From a bacterium (GTDB lineage Bacteria; UBA6262; WVXT01): a stretch of DNA of 53,798 bases. Where the stretch lies: NCBI GenBank assembly GCA_046759165.1, contig JBHIBS010000009.1, positions 1 through 53,798 of the forward strand, written 5' to 3'. The position numbers and the translations under genes were made by a program. How positions within the stretch are numbered: position 1 is the stretch's first letter; each line of letters starts with the position of its first letter. Below the pieces are notes generated by a model. It had not been told where the DNA came from and ran no database searches. It saw nothing but the letters and a program-made list of their open reading frames with translations. Of the stretch, positions 43,974-53,798 are shown piece after piece.

Positions 43974-44495
43974 ATGGTTTGCGACGAGTGTAAGAAGAAC
44001 GAGGCTACAATACATTTTACTCAGATTCTCAATAATAAAGTAACTAAATTTCATCTATGCCAGCAGTGTGCTAAAGAAAAGGGGATCGTCTTCCCTTCCC
44101 TGGATGAGGCGCTTTTCGAAGGTCCCCATTTTGCGTTGGCCTCACTTTTAGCAGGACTTAGTGACATTGGCGCTCCCTATGCTCTGGAGAAGCCAAAATT
44201 GGTGAGAAAATGCCCGAACTGCAAGGCAACCTATGACGATTTCAGGGACTCGGGCAGGTTGGGCTGTTCTGAATGTTATCTAGCTTTTAAGAACGAGCTT
44301 CTGCCTCTATTGAAGAGGCTTCATGGTTCAGTCCAACACACAGGAAAGGTTCCCCTCCAAAAAGCGGGAGTGGGTGAGAAAGCGAAAGAGATAATGGCAT
44401 TGCGCAGAGAGTTGCAAAAGGCAATAGAGAAAGAGGAATATGAGAGGGCAGCAGTAATAAGAGATAAGATAAAGGAGTTAGAAAAGAAAAAATAA
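43974..44495 (+). CDS. mcsA: Protein-arginine kinase activator McsA
   Basis: Four CxxC motifs, GRLGC..CY, H.GKVP, C-terminal UVR motif EEYERAAVIRDKI. Confidence 0.92.
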   Translation: MVCDECKKNEATIHFTQILNNKVTKFHLCQQCAKEKGIVFPSLDEALFEGPHFALASLLAGLSDIGAPYALEKPKLVRKCPNCKATYDDFRDSGRLGCSECYLAFKNELLPLLKRLHGSVQHTGKVPLQKAGVGEKAKEIMALRRELQKAIEKEEYERAAVIRDKIKELEKKK

Positions 44496-45550
44496 TGCAA
44501 CTGCAAAACATGCTCAAACAGAAGATCGGGTGGTTAGAAAGTAAAGGAAATTCTCCGGAAATCGCAATTTCTTCACGGATCAGACTGGCGCGAAATTTGA
44601 ACAGAATCCCCTTTCCTCAGAAGGCTTCCAGGCAAGAGCAGAAAGAATCCTTTGAGAAAGTTAAGGCTGCCTCTGAGGAGATTACATATTTTAAGGGAGC
44701 TCCCATCCTCGCTTTGCAAGAGTTTGACCGGGTCGATAGGCAGTTTTTGTTAGAAAGGCATTTGATTAGTTACGAGCATTCTCGAGGAGATGGGGTGAGG
44801 GGTTTAGTTATCGGGGATAAGGAACTTCTTAGCCTGATGATAAACGAAGAAGACCATGTGCGGCTTCAAGGGATACAACCGGGGTTGGAACTCGAGCAGG
44901 TCTGGAATATTTTGAAGCAAATCGATGAAGAGATGGATAAGGAACTCGATTATGCCTTCTCTTCCGAGATAGGCTATTTGACTGCCTGCCCGACAAATAC
45001 AGGAACCGGGATGAGGGCTTCTGTTTTGACGCACTTGCCTGCTTTGGTGATGAATGAAGAGATAAATAAAGTCTTGCAAGCCTTAAACAAGATTGGAATG
45101 GTGGCTCGAGGACTTTATGGAGAAGGAACTAAGGTGATGGGAAATCTGTTCCAGATTTCCAACCAGGTTACTTTAGGCCCCAATGAGGAAGGAATAATTG
45201 ATAATTTGGAGAGAGTTGTAAAACAAGTTATCGATTATGAAATCAAAGGGAGGAAGGCTCTGTTTAAGGAAAACAAGGGAAAGGTCTTGGATGTAATCTA
45301 TCGTGCTTATGGAGTCTTGGTTAATGCCAGGAAGATAAGTTTTGCTGAGACAATGGAGCTTTTATCAAAAGTGAGGTTGGGCATATATTTTGATCTGGGG
45401 TTAGATACTGAATTGGATACGTTGAATGAACTCATGATCTTGACTCAACCAGCTCATGTACAGGAGTGGATGAGCAAAGAGTTGGCGCCATCTAAACGGG
45501 ATTTCATCCGCGCCCAGATGATTAGAGAAAAATTGAAAAGCAGAAAATAG
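44495..45550 (+). CDS. mcsB: Protein-arginine kinase McsB
   Basis: SSRIRLARN, LERHLIS, NEEDH, CPTNTGTGMRAS, RGLYGEG, QISNQ.TLG. Confidence 0.95.
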   Translation: MQLQNMLKQKIGWLESKGNSPEIAISSRIRLARNLNRIPFPQKASRQEQKESFEKVKAASEEITYFKGAPILALQEFDRVDRQFLLERHLISYEHSRGDGVRGLVIGDKELLSLMINEEDHVRLQGIQPGLELEQVWNILKQIDEEMDKELDYAFSSEIGYLTACPTNTGTGMRASVLTHLPALVMNEEINKVLQALNKIGMVARGLYGEGTKVMGNLFQISNQVTLGPNEEGIIDNLERVVKQVIDYEIKGRKALFKENKGKVLDVIYRAYGVLVNARKISFAETMELLSKVRLGIYFDLGLDTELDTLNELMILTQPAHVQEWMSKELAPSKRDFIRAQMIREKLKSRK

Positions 45551-45571
45551 ATAAGGAGAGGGAGATAAAAA

Positions 45572-48007
45572 ATGTTAAACAGATTTACTCAGAGGGCACA
45601 GAAGGCTATTCTCCTGGCTCAGCAGGAGGCAAAGAGACTGAATCACGATTATCTTGGCACTGAGCATATCCTTTTGGGATTGGTAGCCCTGGGAGAAGGC
45701 GTTGCTGCACAGGTGCTCCAGGACTTGGGGATCGATTTGAAAAAGGTGAGAAGAGAAGTCGAAAAGATGGTAGGAACTGGAGACAACATTCTCTTGGTAG
45801 GAGAGGTGCCCTTTACCCCCAGAGCAAAAAAGGTTTTGGAATTGGCTGTGCAGGAAGCACGGGATATGGGGCACAATTATGTGGGGACAGAACATCTACT
45901 TTTAGGGCTAATCCGGGAAGGGGAAGGAGTGGCAGCTAAGGTTCTGGAGGGTCTGGGGGCAAGCTTAGATTTGGTAAGAGGGCAAATTACGAATCTCCTG
46001 GGTGAAATCGCCACTCATGGAATGCCCAGTAAAGAGAAGAGGAAAACTAAAACACCTACCTTAGATGCTTATGGACGGGACTTGACGAAATTAGCCAGTG
46101 AAGGGAAGCTCGATCCAGTAATCGGCAGGGAAACGGAGATTCAGAGGTTGATCCAGATACTCTGCAGGCGTACCAAAAATAATCCGGTAATGATCGGCGA
46201 TCCCGGCGTGGGTAAAACTGCTATTGTTGAGGGACTAGCACAGAAAATCTCTGACAAGAACGTGCCGGAAATTCTATTGAATAAGAGAGTCTTGATTCTC
46301 GATTTGGCTGGAGTTGTAGCTGGGACCAAATACCGAGGTGAATTCGAACAGAGACTAAAGCAAATAATAGATGAGATTCGCAGGTCTGAAGGCAACGTGA
46401 TTCTCTTCATCGATGAACTTCATACGGTGGTCGGGGCTGGGGCTGCTGAAGGGGCAATAGATGCCTCCAATATGTTGAAACCCGCACTGTCAAGGGGGGA
46501 ATTGCAATGTATTGGCGCTACTACCCTGGATGAGTATCGTAAGCATATCGAGCATGATGCTGCTCTGGCAAGAAGGTTTCAACCAGTCACTATTGACCCT
46601 CCAACGGTGGAGGAAACCATTGACATTTTGAAAGGATTAAGGGATAGATACGAAGCCCACCATAGGGTTAAGATCACTGACGAAGCCCTTCATGCTTCGG
46701 CTATATTATCTCAGAGGTTCATTTCGAATCGCTTTCTGCCGGACAAGGCAATCGATTTGATCGATGAGGCTGGTTCACGAGCAAGGCTTCAGACTACCAC
46801 AAAACCTCCCGACTTAAAAGAGATAGAGAAAAAGTTAGAGACTGTAAGTAAAGAGAAGAAGGCAGCTATTGTTGCCCAGGAATTTGAGAAAGCTGCCAGG
46901 TTGCGCGATGAAGAGAAAAAGATTGAACAGGAACTGCAACAGACAAAAAAGTCCTGGGAGCAGAGAAAGGATAAGGCGGAGGGGACTGTAACAGAAGAAG
47001 ATATTGCTCATATCGTCTCTGAATGGACTGGGATTCCTGTGGTTAAGTTGACTGAAAAGGAAACGGAAAAACTGCTACACATGGAGGAAGCTTTACACAA
47101 ACGAGTTATTGCTCAAGATGAAGCAATAAAGGCCATTTCTCAAGCAGTGCGTCGTTCTCGTACAGGATTGAAAGATATAGCTCGTCCCACAGGTTCTTTC
47201 ATCTTCCTCGGACCGACTGGAGTAGGAAAGACTGAATTGGCAAGAGCTTTGGCTGAGTTTATGTTTGGTGATGAAGAATCGATGGTGAGGTTGGATATGT
47301 CCGAATATATGGAGAAGTTCAACGTATCAAGACTGGTCGGGGCTCCTCCAGGCTATGTGGGTTATGAGGAAGGTGGTCAGCTTACCGAAGCGGTTCGCAG
47401 GAAGCCCTATTCGGTAGTACTTCTAGATGAGATTGAGAAAGCTCATCCAGATGTGTTCAACATATTACTGCAAATTTTTGACTCCGGGCAGTTAACCGAT
47501 AGTTTGGGACATAAAGTAGATTTTAAGAATACTGTAATCATCATGACCTCGAATATTGGAGCCAGAGAGATAACCGGAGGTAAGACCTTAGGATTTTTGA
47601 CCACTCGGGAGGCGGAACAGAGTTACAAGGATATGAAAAAGAAAATTCTGGATGAGATGAAAAAGGTTTTTCGCCCGGAATTTCTGAATCGAATCGATGA
47701 AGTTATGGTTTTTCACCCACTGAGCAAAGAAGACGTGAGAAATATCGTTGATCTGATGCTTCAAAAAGTAACTCAGAGATTATCTGAACAAGCGGTCACT
47801 CTTGAAGTTACTGATGGAGCTAAAGACTTTCTTGTGGAAAAGGGCTTCGACCCCCAGTTTGGTGCACGTCCTCTGCGTAGAGCAATTCAGAAATACCTTG
47901 AGGATCCCCTGGCTCAAGAAATATTAGCTAAGAAAATAAAGCCCCAGGCAAAGATCACTGCCGATGTCCGGGATGGCAAGATAGGATTTAAGCTTCCAAG
48001 ATCCTAA
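45572..48007 (+). CDS. clpC: ATP-dependent Clp protease ATPase ClpC
   Basis: Two Clp-N repeats, GDPGVGKT and GPTGVGKT Walker A motifs, UVR-type M-domain, LGF loop, GARPLRR; 811 aa. Confidence 0.96.
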   Translation: MLNRFTQRAQKAILLAQQEAKRLNHDYLGTEHILLGLVALGEGVAAQVLQDLGIDLKKVRREVEKMVGTGDNILLVGEVPFTPRAKKVLELAVQEARDMGHNYVGTEHLLLGLIREGEGVAAKVLEGLGASLDLVRGQITNLLGEIATHGMPSKEKRKTKTPTLDAYGRDLTKLASEGKLDPVIGRETEIQRLIQILCRRTKNNPVMIGDPGVGKTAIVEGLAQKISDKNVPEILLNKRVLILDLAGVVAGTKYRGEFEQRLKQIIDEIRRSEGNVILFIDELHTVVGAGAAEGAIDASNMLKPALSRGELQCIGATTLDEYRKHIEHDAALARRFQPVTIDPPTVEETIDILKGLRDRYEAHHRVKITDEALHASAILSQRFISNRFLPDKAIDLIDEAGSRARLQTTTKPPDLKEIEKKLETVSKEKKAAIVAQEFEKAARLRDEEKKIEQELQQTKKSWEQRKDKAEGTVTEEDIAHIVSEWTGIPVVKLTEKETEKLLHMEEALHKRVIAQDEAIKAISQAVRRSRTGLKDIARPTGSFIFLGPTGVGKTELARALAEFMFGDEESMVRLDMSEYMEKFNVSRLVGAPPGYVGYEEGGQLTEAVRRKPYSVVLLDEIEKAHPDVFNILLQIFDSGQLTDSLGHKVDFKNTVIIMTSNIGAREITGGKTLGFLTTREAEQSYKDMKKKILDEMKKVFRPEFLNRIDEVMVFHPLSKEDVRNIVDLMLQKVTQRLSEQAVTLEVTDGAKDFLVEKGFDPQFGARPLRRAIQKYLEDPLAQEILAKKIKPQAKITADVRDGKIGFKLPRS

Positions 48008-48108
48008 GTTGTTGTGCTCTTAGGTTCTTAAGCTCTTAATCTCTCCAATAACCCCTACCTTTCGAAAGAATTCCAATCCTTCCTTTACAGGAGTATCCCA
48101 TTTTTTGC

Positions 48109-48137
48109 TTGCAATTTGAGGCCGGAAGGTATATAAT
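48109..48137 (+). promoter_or_regulatory. Sigma70 promoter for the tamB-like gene
   Basis: TTGCAA, 17-bp spacer, TATAAT; SD GGAGG before ATG 48158. Confidence 0.65.
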
Positions 48138-48157
48138 AACTTTAATTTGGAGGTAGG

Positions 48158-51100
48158 ATGAAAAGGGGAATTTTGAAAACAACTATTATTTTTATTGGAT
48201 TTCTTCTCGTAATTCTGGGATTTGTATATTTAACCAGGACTACAAGAACCTTGTCCAGAATAATGAAAATTTATGTTGAAGTTGAGCTAAAGAAAGTTTT
48301 CGATAGAGAAGTTACTGTTGGCAAAATTAGTACGAATATTGTTAATCGAATTACCTTACAGAATGTTGCCATAGCCAGTGAGAGGGAAGTGTCAGAGGGA
48401 GTAGTTTTGGTCTGTGAGAAAGTTACCATTAATCATAATCCCCTTCTTATTTTGCTGGGGAAACGAGATCTTGGAAAGAGTATAGTAAAGATCGTTCTCA
48501 AATCTCCCCATCTCTTTTTGAGTAATCGGGTGGGTAAGTGGAATTTTATGCTTCCAGCAACCTTCCGGAAAGCAGCGACTCTTTCTCGACTTCCCGATAT
48601 TGTAATTGTGGACGGAAAGATCACAATTGAAGATGTGAAAGAAAAAGTTAGGAAGATCGAGATAAGAGATATCTCCGGTATTGTCGCTACAAAGGATAGA
48701 GTCTACGGGTTACTTTGGCGGGAAAGGTCACGGCGTGGCGAAAACTTATCTTCACAAATCCATTTTAATTTCTCCGGCAAAAGCAACCAGAGCCAGAATG
48801 ATAGGATAAGATTGAAAGGCAAATATTATAAGGAGAGAAGGGAGTTAAGCATCAATTTAGATATTTTCGATTTAGACTTGGCAAATTATGATAACCTGTT
48901 TCTTTCGAGTCCAAATTTTAGAGTATTAACTGGCCAAGGTAATCTCTATTTGAATTTGAGGACGACTCTGAACGACGAAAATTATAATAACATTATCAGA
49001 ATGGCAACAAGTATAGGTCGAGACGGAGAAAGGCTTAAGGATTTTACCCAAATTCTCTCCTTTTCTGGCGAACTGCTCCTTGCGGAACTATCTTGCCGAT
49101 GGTTATCTCACACAGTGAAAGACATTAGAGGAAGGATCGTTTTTGACAATCACAGAATTGGCAGTCAGGGAATATTTATGCGGTATGAAGGGGCAGAAAT
49201 CAAACTTCGCGGCGGCATTGAAAGATACCTTTCCCAGCCCGCCCTGGGGCTCACCCTCTCAGCCAATTTAGGACTTTTTAGCCTTCCAGAAATTGTCAAA
49301 ATCGATGGGTTAAAGAGCCTACTTCCCTTGGAAGGCTCAGCGAAAGTATCTGTGGATATATCTGGAAGTTTATCCGATCCCAAATTAGAAGGCTGGTTTG
49401 TTCTTCCTCAGGCTAAAATAGCAGGCCGAGATGTTGAGGAATTCCAGGGTCAATTCATCTATCAAGACAGGATAGTGAGAATAATAAACCTTCAGGGCAA
49501 AATTTGTGAGGGAACTCTGGTTTTTTCTGGGAAGATAGACATTGATCAATCCTATCTGGATTTAGATTTTGTCTTACGTAGTGTCGACCTCGCCAGTCTG
49601 GTTCCGCCAGATTGGACAGATAAGGCAAAGGGCAAATGGTCTCTTTCTGGTAATATTTTCGGTGATCCCCTCGAATTCCAGGCTAACGGAAAAATAAACT
49701 TAAGAGAAGTGAAATTTTTAGGAGCAAATTTAGGCTCTGTGTCAGGAATTTTCAATTATGCAAAGAGAAAACTGGAAATAGAAGCCGAGACTAGCGAAAA
49801 TAAGTATAAGTTGAATACTACTCTCTTGTTGGGCAGGGAAGCCTTAATGATTTCCAGATTAGAGATTTTGGCCCCCCGACGCGCTGGCATGACTTTGGCT
49901 GGCCAGATTGGACTTCTTGGTAGCAAGAAATTGGAGCTAACAGTTCTAAACTCCTATGCGGAAACCGGACATCTAACTTGGCTTGCCCAACGAGCCGATA
50001 GATTTTCGGGGCGAGTCAATTTCCTTGGTAAAATTGGAGGAACGATCGGATCTCCCGAGGTTTCCGGAAAAGTGTGGAGCACTGGTTTAAAAGTAATGAA
50101 AGAAAAGATAGATTTTCACTCTGGGGTCCATTACAGGGAGAAAATTTTGAAAGTCACCTCCTTTAAACTTAACAATGCCTACTCTGCGAACTTAACTGTC
50201 GAGTTCGATGGAAAGATACCCGTTGTAAGAGGCTCCATGGAAACCACAGATGGTGACTTGAAGTTGATTTCCACTCTATTTTCTGGCAAGGGTGGCAAAC
50301 CAAGAGAAATAGGAGGTGCTTTTCGGGGCGAAGTCGATTTTTCAAGCCTCGCCTTGGGTGACTCTTGGTGGCAGAATCTTAAGGCTAAAGGAGCAGTTTC
50401 CATCGTCCAAGCCATGGTCGGCCAGATCTCTTTTGACGAATTAGCTTTTGGGTTTAAGATAACTGAGCAGGGATTGAGTTTCGATAAATTTCACTTTTCA
50501 ACTGGAACTGGGGAGGTAAGAGGTTCTGCCCAAATGGGAATGATAAAGGGTAGGCAGAATAGGATAAGAATAGATACCGAATGGCGAAATTATCCAGTAA
50601 ATTTTTCTTTTTGGAAACAGGTTAAAGCAGATGCAGATTCTAAGGGGAAGAAGGCTATATCTTGGAGAAGACCAGGGCAGAATAGAGTCGACGGTAGCCT
50701 CAATTTTCGAGGGAAATTGGTCTGGAAGAAGGACTGGGAAATTCGTGGTTCCCTTTTAGGTGAAGATTTTAAATATAATGGAGAGCCCTTGGGACCAACC
50801 GGTGCGAATCTGTCTCTGAATAGAAAACTTGTCCATCTTTCTTCTTTCCATTGTGGGAATGATTTGAAAGGCGACTTCAGCATTGAGTTAGGTAAAGAGA
50901 AAACCGTGACAGGTAGCATAGAAGTGGATACGAAGAAAATTTCCCATTTTCTCTGTTTGATATTTGGAACAGGGGAAGAGAAATCTTTCCTTAATAAGAT
51001 AAAAGGCAACTTATATAGTAAGATTCTTTTTAAGGGCCGTTTGGAAAATCCTCAAATCAAAGGCTATGTAGATATCGAACGAGGAGATTTTTCGACTACT

Positions 51101-53644
51101 AATTTACTCTTTAGGTCAACATTTAATTATGATGAGGGTAAAATCAATCTAGAATTGGCAGAATTGAAATTTGCTCCAAGGGGCACAGTTATAGCCAGGG
51201 GAAAGATAGATTTCAACAAACTTGAGCCTCTGGAAATTAATGTCGTATTGGAGCACTTCGACTTGAGTAGATTGCAAAGTTTATTTCATGATAGAAATTT
51301 GAAGACTTTTGGGGAGGTTAAGGCAAATCTTCAGCTCCGAGGTGCTTTCGGTCGTCCTCGCTTAAAAGTGAAATTAGAATCGGAGAATAGTGGAGTAAAT
51401 AGTTTCAAGGTGGATGGGTTTAAGACAGACTTCAGGGTTGAGAAGGTGCTTAGGGAGGAAGGTGAAAGAATAGAATTAGTCTTCGGTTCTTTTTCGGCGG
51501 GTTTTGGAAAGAGTCTCCTCCGGCTGGCTCCGGAAGGCAGAATTGGATTTTCGTTGTCTAGGAAGTTAGTCGACTTTTCGCTCGTTAGCGAATTTCGCAA
51601 CCTGAATTTCGCAAAAATGTCTATTTTTGGCGCTGCAGAATTGAGCGGAACTGCCAATTTCTCCACGAACTTCCCTGTCTTGGAGGTCACTCTCGCCACG
51701 AGCGACCTGTGGGTGAATCGCCACAATTTTGGAACCGTAAAGTTGAGACTTTCTTATCGAGATGGAAAGCTATTTTTCCTGCCTGTTGCCAAAGAAACTT
51801 TTCAGCTCTTGGGAGAGATAGACCTCGAGCGTCTGGATAGCCTCAATGTAAAACTACTCGAATTTATGCAAGGCAAAGATAGACTCATAACCGTTAATGG
51901 GAATGCCGACTTTTCTGGACCAATCGATCTAAATGTCCAGGGAAGAAAGGGAAAGATTGCTGCTAGTCTTCTAGGGGAACTCCTAAATGTGAGAATTCCA
52001 CTCAAAGGAAATAGTGGTTTTCACCTCAAGCTCAGCCGGGCTTCCATAAAAGGAGAAAAGGAAAAATTCTATGACTCTTTACGGATGGAGGGGGGAATAG
52101 ATATCGCTAATGGTTCGATAGGAAATCTTCTTTTTGACGATTTCAACGCTTTGTTCAAGGTAGAGGGTGCTGGTATAGGCCTAAAGGAATTGATGATAAA
52201 TAAGAAAGGAGAATATACTGTTAGATGTTGGGGAACTATTCCTTATACGAAAGAGGGTAAAGATGGTAGAGGAATAGACTTTTCTTTAGAAATGTCTGAT
52301 AGTAAGGCGAGTATACTACGTGTTCTGAGTGGAGAAATAAGTGATGCCAAGGGGGAACTCGAGGCTTTCTTACATATTACAGGGGAATCACAGGATCCCC
52401 TGATAAATGGATATTTTCGTATCAAAAAGGCTACTCTCTATTGCCGGCAGATACTTAAGAGGATAGATGACCTGACCTGCGATATCGCAGTTAAGGATAG
52501 TAATATAATTATTAACCAGATTAATGGTAAGATAGAAAAGGGAGAAATGGACCTTAAAGGAGAGATAACTTTGGCTGGCTGGATACCAGATAAGTTCGAT
52601 GTGGTCTTTGAGAATATGAGACACCGTGGGATTCCCCTTAAAATACCTTTTCTGAAAATACCTCAGAGTTCATTTTTTGGTCGTTTCCTGTCAGAAGTTC
52701 TTTGTTCCCTAGAGTTGAAGGGAAAAATCCATGCCTATGGAAGTTCCCAGTCCTATAATTTAGAGGGAGCAATTGAATTGGAAAATACCCACTTTACTTA
52801 TCCTCCCAGAGCCGAGGATATGAAGGACTTAAAATTAGATTTTCTGAAGCCCGCGGTTTGGAATTTGGAGATTAAGGCTGGCAAAAATACGTGGTATGAG
52901 AACAGATTTGCTGAAGTCCCGGTACAAGGAGATATGCGGCTCACCGGCCCAACTAAGGACTTGACAGTCAATGGAGCTCTTACAGCTGTTAAAGGAGAAA
53001 TAAGCTATCTGGGAGCCACCTTCACCGTGAAAGAGGCCACTGTGGAATGTATAAATAATGAACTCTTTTTACAGGCTAGGGGTGAGTGCCCTGTGGAAGA
53101 TGATACCATCATGTTACTGGTAGAAAGGGGGAAATGGGGAAAGGTTAAGCCAAAATTCATTTCAAGAAGTGACCCTGAAATGAGCCAGGAAAAAGCACTG
53201 GCTAAGGCCACTGGTTTAGATTCTTTAAGGCTCTCTCCCCAAGAGGCGGATACCTTGTTGAGGAGCGAACTCTTGAAGTTAATCGATAGCAGCTTGGCCA
53301 GCCCCTTGATCAAGTCAATTCTGGGCTCGATTGGCATGGTAGATGTGGTTAAGGTCGACACTAGTCTTGGTCAGAAGACAGGGGAAGGATTGAATTCTCC
53401 AGAGGCCGTAAAAGGAAGGGAGAAAAACAGCCTTTTGGAGGGTACGAAAATAACTTTAGGCAAGTATTTAAGCAATAACTTATATTTGGGCTACAAGTTG
53501 CAATTCGAGGAAAGATTCTTGAATAAGCTCGAATTGCGGCATGAAGTGGAGCTGCTATATAGACTTAAAAGAGGAACTTCTTTGAGAGGTAAACTGGGAA
53601 AAGAGGAGAGATATTTCGGAGTCGAAAGACAAATAAGGTTTTAA
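48158..53644 (+). CDS. TamB/AsmA-like beta-taco envelope protein
   Basis: N-terminal TM anchor, repeated G.L..P...G beta motifs across 1828 aa, DUF490-like C-terminus (GKYLSNNLYLGY ... F). Confidence 0.8.
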   Translation: MKRGILKTTIIFIGFLLVILGFVYLTRTTRTLSRIMKIYVEVELKKVFDREVTVGKISTNIVNRITLQNVAIASEREVSEGVVLVCEKVTINHNPLLILLGKRDLGKSIVKIVLKSPHLFLSNRVGKWNFMLPATFRKAATLSRLPDIVIVDGKITIEDVKEKVRKIEIRDISGIVATKDRVYGLLWRERSRRGENLSSQIHFNFSGKSNQSQNDRIRLKGKYYKERRELSINLDIFDLDLANYDNLFLSSPNFRVLTGQGNLYLNLRTTLNDENYNNIIRMATSIGRDGERLKDFTQILSFSGELLLAELSCRWLSHTVKDIRGRIVFDNHRIGSQGIFMRYEGAEIKLRGGIERYLSQPALGLTLSANLGLFSLPEIVKIDGLKSLLPLEGSAKVSVDISGSLSDPKLEGWFVLPQAKIAGRDVEEFQGQFIYQDRIVRIINLQGKICEGTLVFSGKIDIDQSYLDLDFVLRSVDLASLVPPDWTDKAKGKWSLSGNIFGDPLEFQANGKINLREVKFLGANLGSVSGIFNYAKRKLEIEAETSENKYKLNTTLLLGREALMISRLEILAPRRAGMTLAGQIGLLGSKKLELTVLNSYAETGHLTWLAQRADRFSGRVNFLGKIGGTIGSPEVSGKVWSTGLKVMKEKIDFHSGVHYREKILKVTSFKLNNAYSANLTVEFDGKIPVVRGSMETTDGDLKLISTLFSGKGGKPREIGGAFRGEVDFSSLALGDSWWQNLKAKGAVSIVQAMVGQISFDELAFGFKITEQGLSFDKFHFSTGTGEVRGSAQMGMIKGRQNRIRIDTEWRNYPVNFSFWKQVKADADSKGKKAISWRRPGQNRVDGSLNFRGKLVWKKDWEIRGSLLGEDFKYNGEPLGPTGANLSLNRKLVHLSSFHCGNDLKGDFSIELGKEKTVTGSIEVDTKKISHFLCLIFGTGEEKSFLNKIKGNLYSKILFKGRLENPQIKGYVDIERGDFSTTNLLFRSTFNYDEGKINLELAELKFAPRGTVIARGKIDFNKLEPLEINVVLEHFDLSRLQSLFHDRNLKTFGEVKANLQLRGAFGRPRLKVKLESENSGVNSFKVDGFKTDFRVEKVLREEGERIELVFGSFSAGFGKSLLRLAPEGRIGFSLSRKLVDFSLVSEFRNLNFAKMSIFGAAELSGTANFSTNFPVLEVTLATSDLWVNRHNFGTVKLRLSYRDGKLFFLPVAKETFQLLGEIDLERLDSLNVKLLEFMQGKDRLITVNGNADFSGPIDLNVQGRKGKIAASLLGELLNVRIPLKGNSGFHLKLSRASIKGEKEKFYDSLRMEGGIDIANGSIGNLLFDDFNALFKVEGAGIGLKELMINKKGEYTVRCWGTIPYTKEGKDGRGIDFSLEMSDSKASILRVLSGEISDAKGELEAFLHITGESQDPLINGYFRIKKATLYCRQILKRIDDLTCDIAVKDSNIIINQINGKIEKGEMDLKGEITLAGWIPDKFDVVFENMRHRGIPLKIPFLKIPQSSFFGRFLSEVLCSLELKGKIHAYGSSQSYNLEGAIELENTHFTYPPRAEDMKDLKLDFLKPAVWNLEIKAGKNTWYENRFAEVPVQGDMRLTGPTKDLTVNGALTAVKGEISYLGATFTVKEATVECINNELFLQARGECPVEDDTIMLLVERGKWGKVKPKFISRSDPEMSQEKALAKATGLDSLRLSPQEADTLLRSELLKLIDSSLASPLIKSILGSIGMVDVVKVDTSLGQKTGEGLNSPEAVKGREKNSLLEGTKITLGKYLSNNLYLGYKLQFEERFLNKLELRHEVELLYRLKRGTSLRGKLGKEERYFGVERQIRF

Positions 53645-53647
53645 ATA

Positions 53648-53676
53648 TTTACATTTTTTGGAAAATTTGATATTAT
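53648..53676 (+). promoter_or_regulatory. Sigma70 promoter for a downstream gene outside the window
   Basis: TTTACA, 17-bp spacer, TGa-TATTAT. Confidence 0.5.
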
Positions 53677-53715
53677 GAAAAGAATGTTCTGAAAGGTCGA
53701 TAAATTTTGATTATG

Positions 53716-53750
53716 CACAGATTGAATCTGTGGCTACAATGGTTTTGTAG
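53716..53750. repeat. GTAG-type REP-like palindrome
   Basis: CACAGATT-g-AATCTGTG-G-CTAC (53716-53737), then a second GTAG at 53747-53750. Confidence 0.65.
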
Positions 53751-53798
53751 GCATCTATGAAAAGGCTAGTCAAGAAAAATGTAAATTTTGTTCTTTGA

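Noticed and set aside
53757-53798. Start of the next CDS
   Set aside because: ATG 53757 gives only 13 codons before TGA and lacks an SD; it cannot be supported within the window.

Overview
A 53.8-kb, mostly plus-strand housekeeping region from a diderm bacterium (lnt, lolC/E-lolD and a 1828-aa TamB/AsmA-like gene, alongside mcsA-mcsB-clpC). Gene order: histidine-kinase remnant, tldD, TIM-barrel isomerase, hisS, aspS (non-discriminating type), LysM lipoprotein, phoH, 7TM-HD hydrolase, ybeY, dgkA-PAP2, two CNNM/CBS genes, mgtE, recO, glyQ, glyS, ppdK; a minus-strand block of PBP1A, DUF2148 ferredoxin-like protein and an ECF transporter (QueT-like S, AA', T); a three-gene transaldolase-like/DapA-family/FGGY-kinase operon; then secA, lnt, prfB (+1 frameshift), lysS, lolC/E, lolD, ilvE, mcsA, mcsB, clpC and tamB-like. 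I found no rRNA, tRNA, CRISPR or transposase. The unusual signals are four. (1) SecA is 1305 aa, with a ~370-aa AT-rich coiled-coil insert in the NBD2 variable region. (2) Almost every long intergenic gap holds a structured palindromic element: GTAG-type REPs, a conserved-end/variable-cargo family (A, 4 copies), a second such family (B, 2 copies) whose right arm is the Shine-Dalgarno of recO and ilvE, a 117-bp tandem hairpin duplication and an RPE-like element. Several of these share tandem G-A mismatch motifs. (3) The sugar-catabolic operon has non-canonical active-site residues. (4) A consensus promoter is followed by a ~550-nt unexplained leader. All calls come from reading motifs by eye; no database search was run.
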